Part shown: positions 12,800 through 23,539 of the stretch, piece after piece
How positions within the stretch are numbered: the stretch's first letter is position 1
Layout: each line of letters starts with the position of its first letter
Source of the DNA: Emiliania huxleyi CCMP1516
Taxonomy: Eukaryota
Assembly: GCF_000372725.1 (NCBI RefSeq)
Contig: NW_005201231.1
Coordinates: 182,679-246,678, forward strand
Length of the DNA stretch: 64,000 bases
Reading direction: 5' to 3'
The notes under the pieces: model-generated
What the model was told of the DNA's origin: nothing
The model's database searches: none
The model's input: only the letters and a program-made list of their open reading frames with translations
Program-made: the position numbers and the translations under genes

Positions 12800-13025
12800 G
12801 CCGCTAATCCGCCTCCAGGGTTGACTGGTAAGGGCGCCACACCCTTCACGATAAGAGTCGTGTACGAAAGGGAGGTGCTCATGTCGTCATGACCGAGGCA
12901 CCACTCAAGAACAGCGTTCCTCGAGGCGCCACACGCTTCGTAATCGTATGCGGAATATACGGCGTTTGCATAGAGGCGACGCAAGTCGTGGGGGGTGAGC
13001 TTGGTGTCGATGAGGGTGCGTACGC
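12800..13025 (-). pseudogene. C-terminal catalytic fragment of a telomere-resolvase (protelomerase)-like tyrosine recombinase
   Basis: Frame of ORF 12544-12984 extended upstream: RVRTLIDTKLTPHDLRRLYANAVYSAYDYEACGASRNAVLEWCLGHDDMSTSLSYTTLIV, i.e. HxLR...LGH...Y boxes with the RxxYA and LGH-x-TSLSY style recalled for TelA/TelN. An in-frame stop lies just upstream, so the N-terminal part is missing. Confidence 0.65.
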
Positions 13026-13789
13026 GTGAGCTTCGAGTTGGTCACGCGCCACTCGCGCTTGGGTGCGATGCTGACGTCGCATCCGGGCAGCAGGCACGTG
13101 ATAAGCTCATGCACGGTCTGCAGGGCGGCGGTCATGCTCTGGCTGAGGAGCGGCATGCGCTCGTCGGCCTTCTTGGTGCTGACGACGTCGAGCGGAGCGA
13201 GCACGATGCGCCGCGTGATGGGCGCCGCGTCCCGGCGGCGGCGGAAGGGCCACGCCTCAGCGGGCGTCGTGTAGAAGATGCGGAAGCTGTCGTCGTCGTC
13301 GCGCTCGCGCGCCTGGTAAAAGTGGACGGCAGAACCGTCTGTCCAGAGAGCGTTCTCCAGCCACTGCTCAGGCGTCCACGGCGATGAGACGATCTCGCCG
13401 TACGCGCGCCACCACGGCGCAAGCGAGAAGTAGCCGTCAAGCGTGGTGCGCTTCGAACGCAGCTCCAGAAGCTTTGCCTCATCGCGCTCGCGGCCACCAG
13501 GGTGCGCCTGGTCCCAGATGCGCCACCACCGTCGAAGCCAGCGCAAGTATCTGGCGAAGCCCTCGATCTGGTGGCGCACCTCGACGTTGCTGATGCTCTC
13601 GAGGTCCGTCATGTCAAAGGTGGTGCGGTCGGGAATGAGGGAATGAGGCTCCTTGACAACGGGTATGAAGCGGAGCTGTATGCGGCCGTGGAGCACGCGG
13701 CACGCAAGACGCACGGGCAGCAGGTCGTAGAGTTGAATGGCTGACAGGATGAGGTCGAGGAGCTCGGGCGCGCCCTCGAGAGCGTTCAT
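12905..13789 (-). CDS. F-box-like protein (possibly with an archaemetzincin-like N-terminal region), apparently truncated at the recombinase fragment
   Basis: ATG 13789: MNALEGAPELLDLILSAIQLYDLLPVRLACRVLH (F-box-like). The later RRIVLAPL...LITCLLPGCDVSI resembles the archaemetzincin N-terminus only weakly, and no HExxH is seen. Confidence 0.45.
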   Translation of the reverse strand: MNALEGAPELLDLILSAIQLYDLLPVRLACRVLHGRIQLRFIPVVKEPHSLIPDRTTFDMTDLESISNVEVRHQIEGFARYLRWLRRWWRIWDQAHPGGRERDEAKLLELRSKRTTLDGYFSLAPWWRAYGEIVSSPWTPEQWLENALWTDGSAVHFYQARERDDDDSFRIFYTTPAEAWPFRRRRDAAPITRRIVLAPLDVVSTKKADERMPLLSQSMTAALQTVHELITCLLPGCDVSIAPKREWRVTNSKLTRTHPHRHQAHPPRLASPLCKRRIFRIRLRSVWRLEERCS

Positions 13790-14007
13790 CGGGCACGCTC
13801 GGTGGTCGGCGTGTCGCGGTCCGGGCACGCGGGTGTCAGTCCTACCAGCATGTCGACGCAAAGAGACCCCAAGGTAAGGTAAGGTAAGGTAAACTTCTCC
13901 ACACACACGAGGTGGTGGGGCAAGGGGGGGCAACCCTCGCGTCTCCACGTCTGACGACAGGAGCCCCACGGCATTCAAAGTGCAAGGCCCAGTGCGCGTG
14001 GGTGAGC

Positions 14008-14008
<1 letters not shown>

Positions 14009-14088
<80 letters not shown>
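14009..14088. repeat. (GT)n microsatellite in the LINE 3' UTR
   Basis: Directly visible, immediately after the ORF stop codon. Confidence 0.95.
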
Positions 14089-14089
<1 letters not shown>

Positions 14090-17000
14090 TCACGTCACTG
14101 CATCCTCCGCCGGTTCCTCCCGTCGCCTCTTCTTTGTTCGAATGTTTTTCAATCCATCCTTCACGAAGCCCTCCCATGTAGCTAGCGTTCTTGGCGAATG
14201 TCTCGAAATGGCCAGCAGGCGCTGTCTGCTCGCGGTCTGTGCGGGCCGCTCGTCCTCCTCGCCCTTCTTTCGTCCTCCCGTCCCTCCCCTCCACCATGGC
14301 CTTCTCGGCACTTCTTTCTCCATCCGCCTCGCCCTGCCTTTTCGCATCGTGCCGTTCGCCCTCCATTCGGTGACCTCCATGGCTGTCCGCCCCTTTTTGG
14401 GTGGCGCTCTCGATACGGTTGCGTCAACCTCGACGTCGCTGTCGCCCTCCCCGTCCCCGCCGGCGTCCGTGCCTCGGTTCGCGTCATCGGTAGCGTCTCC
14501 GTTGTTCCCTCGTGCCCTGCCGTCGCCCTCTCTGCTCGGGCCGTTAGCGATTTCGCTCCTCCTGCGTGTCGCCCCTCCGTCCCCTCCCCTTTCTTCGTCG
14601 TCATCGTCGCTGTCGCGAAAGCCCTCCGGTCCCTCGATTCCCTCGCCTATCCCCTCCGCTGCGTCGTCCCAGTTTATATCCTCATCCTCTGCGCACGTCG
14701 CGTTGGCTTCCTCTCTCCCCCTTTCCTCCCTGCCCCTCTCGCTGTCTGGTGTTAATGGACCCCCTTCCTCTCCCTCGCCACCGTCACCGTCACCATCCCC
14801 GTCGCTACCGCCCTCCATGCCCGCCGCCCTTTGTTTCACACTCGTCTCTGCCATGTCCGCCGTCGCCGCCGTCCTGTCTGCTGCGCTCTGTGCTCCGTGG
14901 TACAGTCGCTTATTGTTGCTCAGGATTAGCTCACGCACCAGGACAGCCTCCTGCTCGTTATTTTGGCTTGCCGATATGCATCCAAAGTTCCACGCTAGCT
15001 CCTCCTTCGTCACGTCTATCTTTTTGCAGTATCTCGCGAATGCCGTCCGTGCTTGCTGGGGTGTTATTGCGTTCGGATCCGCCCTGGTCCCCGCCTTGTA
15101 TCCCATCTCCTTGCGGTGGCTCCTGTATGAGTCCCCATATGACCATGTGATTTCTTGGCCTTCCTTGACTCCCCTCTCTGCAAACAGGACCATCACCTGC
15201 GCAGCTGCCTTGCCTAATTGTATCTCCTCGTAGCGTACGAAGTGCGTCGCCCTCGTGCCTCGTTTCGGCTCATTCGATGCTGCAGGCCAGTCGAAGTTAC
15301 ACCGCGACGCTGTCAAAGTCGTCCCCGCTCTCGTCGTCACTTCCATCCAGCTGCGTCCCCCCTGCTGCCGTGTGTCGTGATAGTTCGTCTGGTGCTGTCT
15401 CTGGTGGCTGCGCCGTTCCTGTCCGGAAGATCTCCCCAGTGTAGATGCTACACACCTCAAATTTCTCTAGCCTCCTCGTCGCCAGTAGGCCAAGTTCCCC
15501 TTCCGCTATGCTAGAGGGGCCTACCTTCGCCCCTTCCACCGTGCCGCCCGTCGTTAGCATGGCCGTCGTTACTTTCGCCGCCGCCTCTGCTGCTTGTCGG
15601 CGGAGCGCCTCGCGCCTTCCCTCGTCTCCATGCTCCTGGTCTTGTTCTTTTTGTTTTCCTGCGCTTCCTGTCGCTGGTCCGGCGACGTATCTTGCCGTCT
15701 GCCTTCGCTTCCTGGCGGGCCGCGTTTCCTTCCCCTCGTCCCGTCTGTTTTCTCCTGCGTGGTCGCCCTCGCGTGCGCCGCTCGCCGTCTGTTCTCCTCT
15801 CTGCTCGCCGTCCTCGTCCCCTCGCTGTCGTCGCTTCCCTCCGGCGCTCGCCGCATCGTCGTTCCTCTCACCGCGTTTCCTGCGCTGGCCTTCGCCTTCG
15901 AGCTCGCAGTGGGTCGTTTTGAGTGTCATCCCCATCGCTCTCGTCGTTCTGCCTCTCCCCGCTTCGAGGCGTCTCTCTGCCTCTTCCCTTTCCTTCTCCT
16001 CGGCATCACGTTGTCGATGTCGCCTCCGTCGCCAGCAAATACACGCATTCGCCGCCCACTCCATTTCTCGTATCCTCTCCTTCCTTTCCTTCTGTCCCTC
16101 TCTCAGGCGTTCTGTTTCCGCGGCTACTCGTTCCTTCCTCTCCGCCTCGAGTCCCTTCCTCTTCCCTTCCCGTACTTTGATTATTGATGCCGCCGTCTGC
16201 TGCAGTGCCTTGAGTGAAGTCACCACCCGTGTGTCATACTCCCTCATGATGTCTTCTGGCGGGTCCTGGTCCATCACACTCGGCTCGGGTAGTCGTCCAG
16301 CTAGCAGTTGCTCCATCGCCTCCCATTCCTCGTCGCTCTCCCTTCTCCCCGCGCATCTCTTCGTCGCCCCAGCAATGGCGCGTACAGCGAGCGCCTGGGC
16401 TTCGCACTCTGCGGTGTGGGCGAGTGTCCGCCTCCTTGACTTCGGCGGCGTCCATCGTAGCGCCTTGAGCACGTCCGCCGCGCCTTTCCTCATCGCCCGG
16501 TGGTGCTCCCTCCTCTCCCCCTTCACCGCCTCGCACTCGGCGCATAGGACGTGCCTAGTGTTAGCTATTGTCCTGCAACATCCAGGATGCCAGCAACCTT
16601 CAGCCCCATCGGCACATGCTCCTCCTCCCTCCTCGTCCCACCCGTCCTGCCACGCCTCTGCCTCTAGGCTGGCCCTCCATCGCCTCCCGTGCTCTATACC
16701 TCGGGTCTGTCCCGTCCGCATGCCGTGTACCAGCCTTAGCCTCGCCTTCTCCCCGCAGGCCTCGGGCTGGCGCTGGGTCGATTTTGGACCCCGTTCTCTG
16801 TCTCCCTCGTATCTCGTGTCGCCTGATATCGTCCCCGTCGCCTTGATTACCGTCCTCCACACGTTGTCGTCTCCTCCCTTTCGCGCTGCGTGCCCGCCGT
16901 CCAGCCGCTTTCGTACCCACCGCCCAATTTTCTCCTTCGCTTCTTGATACAGCCTCCTGTCTCGGATCTCCGGCGCCTGCCCCTCCTCCTCATGCATGTA

Positions 17001-19809
17001 GATGCATGCCCTGTTCGTCACGTGTCGTGCTAGGTCCATCTCGTACGCGCTCGTTACCCTGCTCCGCAGGTGTGCCTTTGCCGCCGCGTCCGCCATGGAA
17101 TTGGGCGCGTTGCCCGCATGCCCCTCCGTGAAGATGAAAATCACGTACCCTCCGTGGCGCTGTATAATGTCGATTTGTGCTTGCACCGCCGCATTGAGTG
17201 CGCTCCTATTTGTCTCGCCGCGTGTCCGCCCCCGATACGCCCGTTCGATCTCCTTGAGCGCCGTCTCGCTGTCCGACATTACTAGGCATCGGTGAGGCTG
17301 GAGGGTCGTTTCTGTTTCGTCCGCCTTCGTGCGCAGGAAGCTGTAAATGGCGTACATCTCGGCGTCGACAATCTCCCACGATCCCGGCAGGGCGCCTCCC
17401 CATATTCCCCGTCCTATTCGCTCGTGAATCTGTGCCCTGGTCTCTTGTGTATCGTCATCTCCCTCTTTCGGCTGCACGCCCTCCCATCCCCCGAACGATG
17501 CTAGCCTTCCGTCTCGAGTCTCCTTCAGCGAGGCGTCCGTCGCTGCCGCCGCTGTGAAGTGGTGCCACTTGTGCAGGCGGCACGCCAGGTCCCTCGCCCT
17601 CCACGTCGTGCTCGTTCCCCGCTCTCGCATGATCCGACACTCGCTTTCGTCCATCACGATCTCGTTCTCGCCCTCTCGGTCGTGTAGTCGCTCTTGCGGC
17701 GCGCTCCGGATTGCGCCCTCCGCCTCGTCGCTCCTCAGATACAGTCGTAGGACGGGGTCGCGAGCAATGTCGTTCCTCCCGATCTCTTCGTATCCCGCCC
17801 TTCCTCCTCCCTTTGTCCACATCTCCTGTACCGCCCCTCCGATCTCCTCCTCGATCGCGACGTTGTCGAGTACCGCTTGCGGCGCACCTCGCCTCCACTC
17901 CCCGCCACCCACTAGGTCGTCTATCTCTTGCCCATGTCCGAGCGTGTCCGGTTCGTCACTCCCCCACCATGCGTCCCCGCCGATCGTCGCCTCTCCATCG
18001 GCGGCTACTCTCCACTCGTCGCCTCCCCCGTCCAGGGCCATCGTCTTTTTCGTCTTTTCCTTCTGCTGTGCATCGCTATCTGCTGCGTCGCTCTCTGTGC
18101 TCGGCTCCTTGCCTAGGTATAATGTTCTGAAGGGTAGCGCCGAGCTATGTCTGTCGCGTCCGGTCTCGTTGCGCGTGCTCTCTTTGATGTTGTCTTGGCG
18201 TTGTCCTGCCTCGTCACTGTGGGAGGCAACCTCGACGTGTCGTTTTATTGTGGACCACATCCTGGTCAGCGTGTCGTCGTTTGGTCTCTGCGCCCCCGCC
18301 GTGTCCGCCCAGGTGTCGATTGCGGTTAGCATTGCTCGCATACCAGCCTCTCCTCTCGTTGCCGCTCGTTCGATGCGGTCGCGGGTGCTGAACGGTATTA
18401 ATTTTGTGTCTTGCGCCTCCCTGAGCGCCTCTAGCTTCGCGCCCCCCATCGCCGCGATGGTCCGGTGGCGCTCCCATGTCCGTTTTGTCGCGCCCTTCCA
18501 TTTAATTAGGTACTCCCACCGTTCGGTCGCGTCCTCTCCCGTCTCCCCCGTTCGTCGTGCCCCGTCGATTCGTTCGTACGTCCATTTGTCTTCGCCCTTT
18601 ACTTGTCCATTTCGGACTCCCCTCTGTTCTGTCGACGCTTCCGCCGCAATTCGGATGGCTATTCTCTGATCACTTCTGTTCCATTCTAGCCCTGCCTCGT
18701 CCCATCGCTCGTGCCTCCCCGCAAACCATTGTGCGGTCGTCGCCTCTGGCTGTCCGTTTAACTCGCCTAGTAGCTGTTCGTAGTCCTCTTTATCTGTCTT
18801 GCCCCGCAACTCATGGACCCTCGATGCCTCAGTCCACGTCATCCATCCGTCGCCCTTCTCGTTTGTCACGTCGCTCCACCATACCAATCCGACCTCCGCG
18901 AGCCTCTTCTTGTATGTGCACCGTCGGGCGCCTCGCCTCCACATGGTCATGCTGTCTTCCCATAGTCGCGGGCCCCGCACTGTTTCCTGTTGGCCAGTCA
19001 TCTCCCACAGGTCATCATCGAGGCCGTCTTTCATCTGCATCGACGTCCTCATGCCTCGTAGTCCTGCCCGATTCCGCTGTAGGTAGTATGCCTCCATCAG
19101 GTTTCCTTCATTTAGTTGCTCGTCGGGTATGAATGTCGTGTCCCATTCGAGTGGGTGTTTGCCGCGGCACCCCAGTCTCCATGCCGTCCTCGCCAGCGCA
19201 TATCTCGCGACCATCCCCGCGGGTCGTCCCTCTGGTGCCGAGAGCATGTTGTCGATCGTGCTCATCCAGCTCGCCGTGGCTACCTGATACGTGTGCATGC
19301 TCCCTTCACCACCCTCTTCCTCCGCCGCGTATAGGTGTGCCTTCGGGTATGCTGTTCCTGCTCCCTGTCGCTCTATCGCGTCTCGCCTCGCAACTTCGAT
19401 GGCGTCGCAGTCCTCCATCGTCATGACGGTCCCTCTTGCAGCCGCTCCGACCACCCCTTCCATCGCGGCGTTCATCGCTCGTTGCATCTCGTCCGCATTT
19501 AATTGCGTGAGCGCGCCCACCATTTTCATTAGCCGCGTCGCTTCCCTTCTCGTTTTTTGTCTCGCCGGTTCCATCCCCTTCTGCCACTGGGCGGTTATCG
19601 GGGTGCCCAGGTATTTGTAGATCTCGACCGCCGCCGCTTCCACCGCCGTTTGTCTCGCCGTCTGTACGTCGTCTTCTCCCTTGCTCGTCTGTCCTCTCGC
19701 TGTCGAAGTCGCCCTCTTGATGCTGCGTGGTGCCCGTATCTGTGGAATTTCCGTCCCGTCGAGGAGTCGCATTGGCGCGCCTTCTATGTTTCGTGCGATC
19801 CCATTCTCG
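14090..19809 (-). CDS. LINE polyprotein C-terminal part: RT thumb, chromodomain, RNase H, Cys/His cluster, SET-like domain (split by a 1-nt frameshift at ~15297), acidic tail
   Basis: YKYLG 19605-19619; WTYERIDGAR...WEYLIKWKGATKRTWE ~18455-18585; TDAS..DAEMYAI..MSDS..HAGNAPNSMADAAAK ~17070-17555; CWHPGC..RHVLCAEC ~16530-16615; VGPSSIAEGELGLLATRRLEKFEVCSIYTGE and SNEP...VLFAERGVKEGQEITWSYGDSY ~15125-15530. Confidence 0.8.
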
Positions 19810-19972
19810 AGAGACCCCAACGCGACCAGGGGGTCCCAGAGCGCTAGGACATGAAGGGGCCCGGGAGCCTTCATACTGTAACATGCACAGGAGTAAGGAG
19901 TAAGGAGCAAAAACAGCAAGCTGTGACCGGTAGCGGACTGACCGCCACCGTACCTCCGAAGAGGGACCAAAC

Positions 19973-21599
19973 CTAAGCGGGTGCGCGGCACAGCGTGAGC
20001 TGGTTGGCGCTCGCAGAGCAGCCGCAGCCGCAGCCGGGGTTGATGTTGCACGTCATGTCGTACTCGAACACGGCACCATTTGAGCCGCGCTGGAACAGCC
20101 CGTCCTCCATCGTGGCCCGGATGTTGCAGGAGTGCAAGCAGAGGCAGTCCGTGGGAGTCGAGCTAAAGCTACTCCCGACGAAGAGGTCCGTGTTGAGAGG
20201 GGTGGGGCTGAGGCCGTGCGTCGGATGCGCCACGCCGAGGAGCTCGCCTGTGACGGCGGAGGCAGGAGGCAGGTCTGACACGTGTTGGTCGGTGGAGACC
20301 AGAGCCGTTTGGCGGGCGAGCGCACCGCCATCCCCCACAACCTGCTGGTTGGTGGAGCAAGTGAGCGCCTCGCCTCCGGGCGCACACGTGCAGTCGCCGC
20401 CCGAGCCGTCCAGCCAGTAGCTGTAGTTTTGCTGCACGACCACGCTGGCGCCGCAAGGATGTGGAGGCGGTGGCGAGGGAGCAGGAGAAGGGGGCGGCGG
20501 CATCGACGGGAGGGGAGAAGTGGGCGGCGGCGGCGGCGGAGCGGGGGACGGTGGCGGAGAGGCCTGCAGCACCGGCCCCTCCGGCCCGAACTGTGCGCTG
20601 ACGTGCGCTCTGAAGGCGTCTGGGCATGCCACCTTCCTGAACCTGAGCCGCGACGGGTCTCCGCGCGTCCAGCCCCAGGAGGTGAAAAGCCGGCAGCCGG
20701 CGACGAACGGTGCCGGAAGCTGGTCGCACAAGACAGCGCACTGGCGCGTGTCGGCGCAGCTTTCCCACCATCGGCCGAGTAGTTCGCTCTGCTCCTGGTT
20801 GTCGAACCCCGTTCCCGCTCGCTCGCTGCACACGTTGGCTGTGGACGCGGGCAGAAAGTCGAAGCCGGGAGCCGCAATGTCAACATGGAGCTCGCCGTCC
20901 CCGCAGCCGTTGGTCCACGGCGGACAGCGGTTCTTTTTCATCACGACAGCCGTCCAGCCCGCATTAACGGCGTCAGGATTCTGCACAAGCAGGCAGTTTC
21001 CACAGCCGCTGGGTATCGGGGTGCGTCCGCAGCACGGGTCGTCGTCGCCAAGCATTGCAGCGAGGCTGTCCGAGGCAGCGCCGAGTAGCCACATCCGCTC
21101 CCCGTAGGCTGCGCCGCCGTGGTCTGCGGGGTCCTGAGGACCATAGCCCGGCGGCGAAACGTAGGCTGCTCCTTCTTTCCACGGCTGAAGCGTCGTGGCG
21201 TCACAGCCCTGTCCATTACAATCCCAGTAGTGCGTCGCTGCCATCAGTCGGTCGTCCCACGCAGGCGGCGGTGGCGATGGAGGAGGTGGTCTCGGCGGTG
21301 CCGCGGGCGTTGTCTCGGAGTTAGGGGTCGCCAAGGTGACATTGTTGGTGTTCTCGCTCTCTTGCCGGTCCGCGCTTACGAGGAGGCCGACGCCAAGAGC
21401 GAGACCAATCACGGCAAGGGCGAGGCATGCGAGGAGCCAGCGCCTGCCGGCAGCCCACGAGTTAGCCACCACGTGGCTCCGGCGTCCAGTGCGGCCTTGT
21501 CCGTTTTTCATGCAATCGCCACGCTTTAGCGCCCAAGGAACGCATTGCGAGAGAGTCTCGAGGTCTCGAGGTTTCATTACGTTTTTGTGGTTTGGCATA
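19973..21599 (-). CDS. GH45-like endoglucanase with N-terminal membrane anchor, Pro-rich linkers and Cys-rich C-terminus
   Basis: ATHYWDCNGQGC (cf. GH45 TRYWDC) and HVDIAAPGFD (cf. HFDL-xxPG); TM segment WLLACLALAVIGLALGVGLLV. Start codon uncertain. Confidence 0.75.
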
Positions 21600-22511
21600 T
21601 GGGGATCCCCCCCCCCCCCCCCAGGTTTCATTGCGACTCTACCGATAACAGTCATTGTTTAGCCGCGTGGGGCGTCCCTGTCCGGCTGGCCGCTAAGTGG
21701 CGTGGCGCTCACTCAGCCCTCAGTCTTCCTTCCGTTCATTCATTCAGCGATGGCGCGCTCGCCGGCCCGCGCGCGTGCGCGCGCATGCGCGAGCGTTCCG
21801 CCCACCTCTGGCGCGGCGGGACTGCGCCGAGTGGGCGAAACGTGTCCACGACCAAACAGTCTCTGCACGCGCTCGACTGAATGGCCAAGCTTGGAAGGCG
21901 CTCCCGCCGGTAGCGCGACTCAGCAGCTCTCGAGAGCTCTTAGCTCGCGTCCGACGAGCCAAGCAGCGTCCCGGGCGTGGAGTAGCGCGCAAATTGGGTC
22001 AGCTCGCGCTCTTTGAGTTCCGGGTGCCCAATAAAGTGGTGCACGAGCGTGCGTGGGTATAGGGGTTTTGCAGAACGTACCACGGCACCTGACGGATGGC
22101 GCGCCGCAGCCGCTCCTCCGACATGACGCACTTGACGAAGGTGTGGCCGGCCCGATCGGTACAGCCTTCAGACGGGCCTTGATGCTGTCTGAAAGGGCCG
22201 ATATCGAGCGGTAGCATCTGGGGCAGCCTGGTCACGCTTGCGATGCCGCGACTAGCGCTCGTCTGCTGCACGCGCGGCTCGCGAGGCAGCCTTCTGACTC
22301 CACAGCCCGCACAAACACCCGTTTAGGCGAGAGGAGAGTCGTCCCCCCCCAAGTCGACAGCGCAAAATCGATTTCTGGTAACGATTTCACCGGAAAACGC
22401 TGGTGCAGATGAGTATTATTCCTTCGAAGTCCGACAGTTGCACCGCTGCAAGGGCGTGCGTGGCGGTGCGGTGAGGCCGCGGACTCGGCCATCATCCGCG
22501 GGTGAGAGGGC

Positions 22512-23440
22512 GAGAGGAAGCATGTCCGCCCTCTGAGGCAGCAGTCCGAGTCGGGGAGGCACGCGCCCGACCATCCTCGTGGGTGTGGGCGGCCTTCTCG
22601 GCCCGCTATACTAACCCTAAAGCCGTAAGTCGGCCCTTCCTCGTGGCTGGCTTCGGAGGCCCCGGCCACTACGGTCGCGCAATAAATAACAAAAAAACGT
22701 CCCATAAGCTCGGGTGCTCAACCGTGGTCAGTACTGCTACGCATATGCAAGGAGGCCCATATGCATACGCATCACATTACGCCCTTTCGGGAATACGTAA
22801 CCACGGTGCGTGTACGTCACTTGCCAGTCCAAATGCGTCGCATTCGCAGCCCGTCGAACGCCTCCCCCTTCAAAAAAATAGAAGACGTCAATACATACAC
22901 GTAATCATCGCGTGCGTGACGGTGCGATGGCCCTGTGGTTGCCTCATACGTACCACGTGTGTCACGTATACGGATTATGGATCTCAGCCGGTGCGCCGCG
23001 GCCCGCGGGGGGGCGGGGCGTCTTCGACGTATCACGTATCCGCATTACGCATACGTCTTTTTCACCGCAAGCTTTGCCCGGGGGATGGTACAATGGCCCG
23101 CGCGGCGGGTGCCTTACGCGACTTACGTACCACGGTCACGTTTACGGATTACGTATATCTCGCCCCGCGCGCCCCCGAGCCCCCCCCCCCCCCCCGCTTG
23201 TACGTATCACGCATACGCATTACGTGGATTTGCATCGCGCGTCGGGTCGCCGCGGTTGGGCGGGCAGTGAGGGAGGCCTTGCGATGCGACATGGATGTCA
23301 TGGAGGCGATTGCCTTTGGGCATCAAGTCGGCGATGCCTGTGATTTTTTTCTGCGCGTTTGACTCGCATGTGGAGCTTTGGCGGCGGTCTCGGGCACGGA
23401 CGGCGCGCGTCGGTTGCGCAAGGCGTTACTCTCGAAACTC
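22512..23440. repeat. Duplicated flanks of the ART receptor gene: block A 22512-22734 (copy 24394-24618) and block B 23226-23440 (copy 28422-28640)
   Basis: Near-identical direct repeats visible in the sequence. Confidence 0.9.
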
Positions 23441-23539
23441 GTCGTCGACGACGCAAATGGTGCTCGAACTCCCCGCGGCCCGAAACGGTACCTACCTTCC
23501 GTGTGTCTCGCGCCTTGCGGGGGGGGAGCGGAAAGGAGG

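Larger units (their letters stand above)
13873..19809 (-). mobile_element. 5'-truncated non-LTR (LINE) retrotransposon with 11-bp TSD
   Basis: TSD AGAGACCCCAA at 13862-13872 and 19810-19820. The 3' tail is (TACCT)n at ~13873-13892, with (CA)n in the 3' UTR. Composition is strand-biased and distinct from host genes, and the ORF has the RT-thumb YKYLG and RNase H. Confidence 0.92.

Noticed and set aside
15445..18669. Long plus-strand ORFs antisense to the LINE
   Set aside because: Ser/Pro/Leu-rich shadow frames caused by strand compositional bias; no motifs.
19821..20051. N-terminal ~80 codons of the 1584-aa ORF as part of the retroelement
   Set aside because: They lie outside the TSD and overlap the GH45 gene end; the frame is open only by chance, so there is no intact RT or start codon here.
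21760..22300. Possible glycosyltransferase-like remnant (WYVLQNP..LVHHFIGH)
   Set aside because: Fragmented across frames and too little similarity to call.
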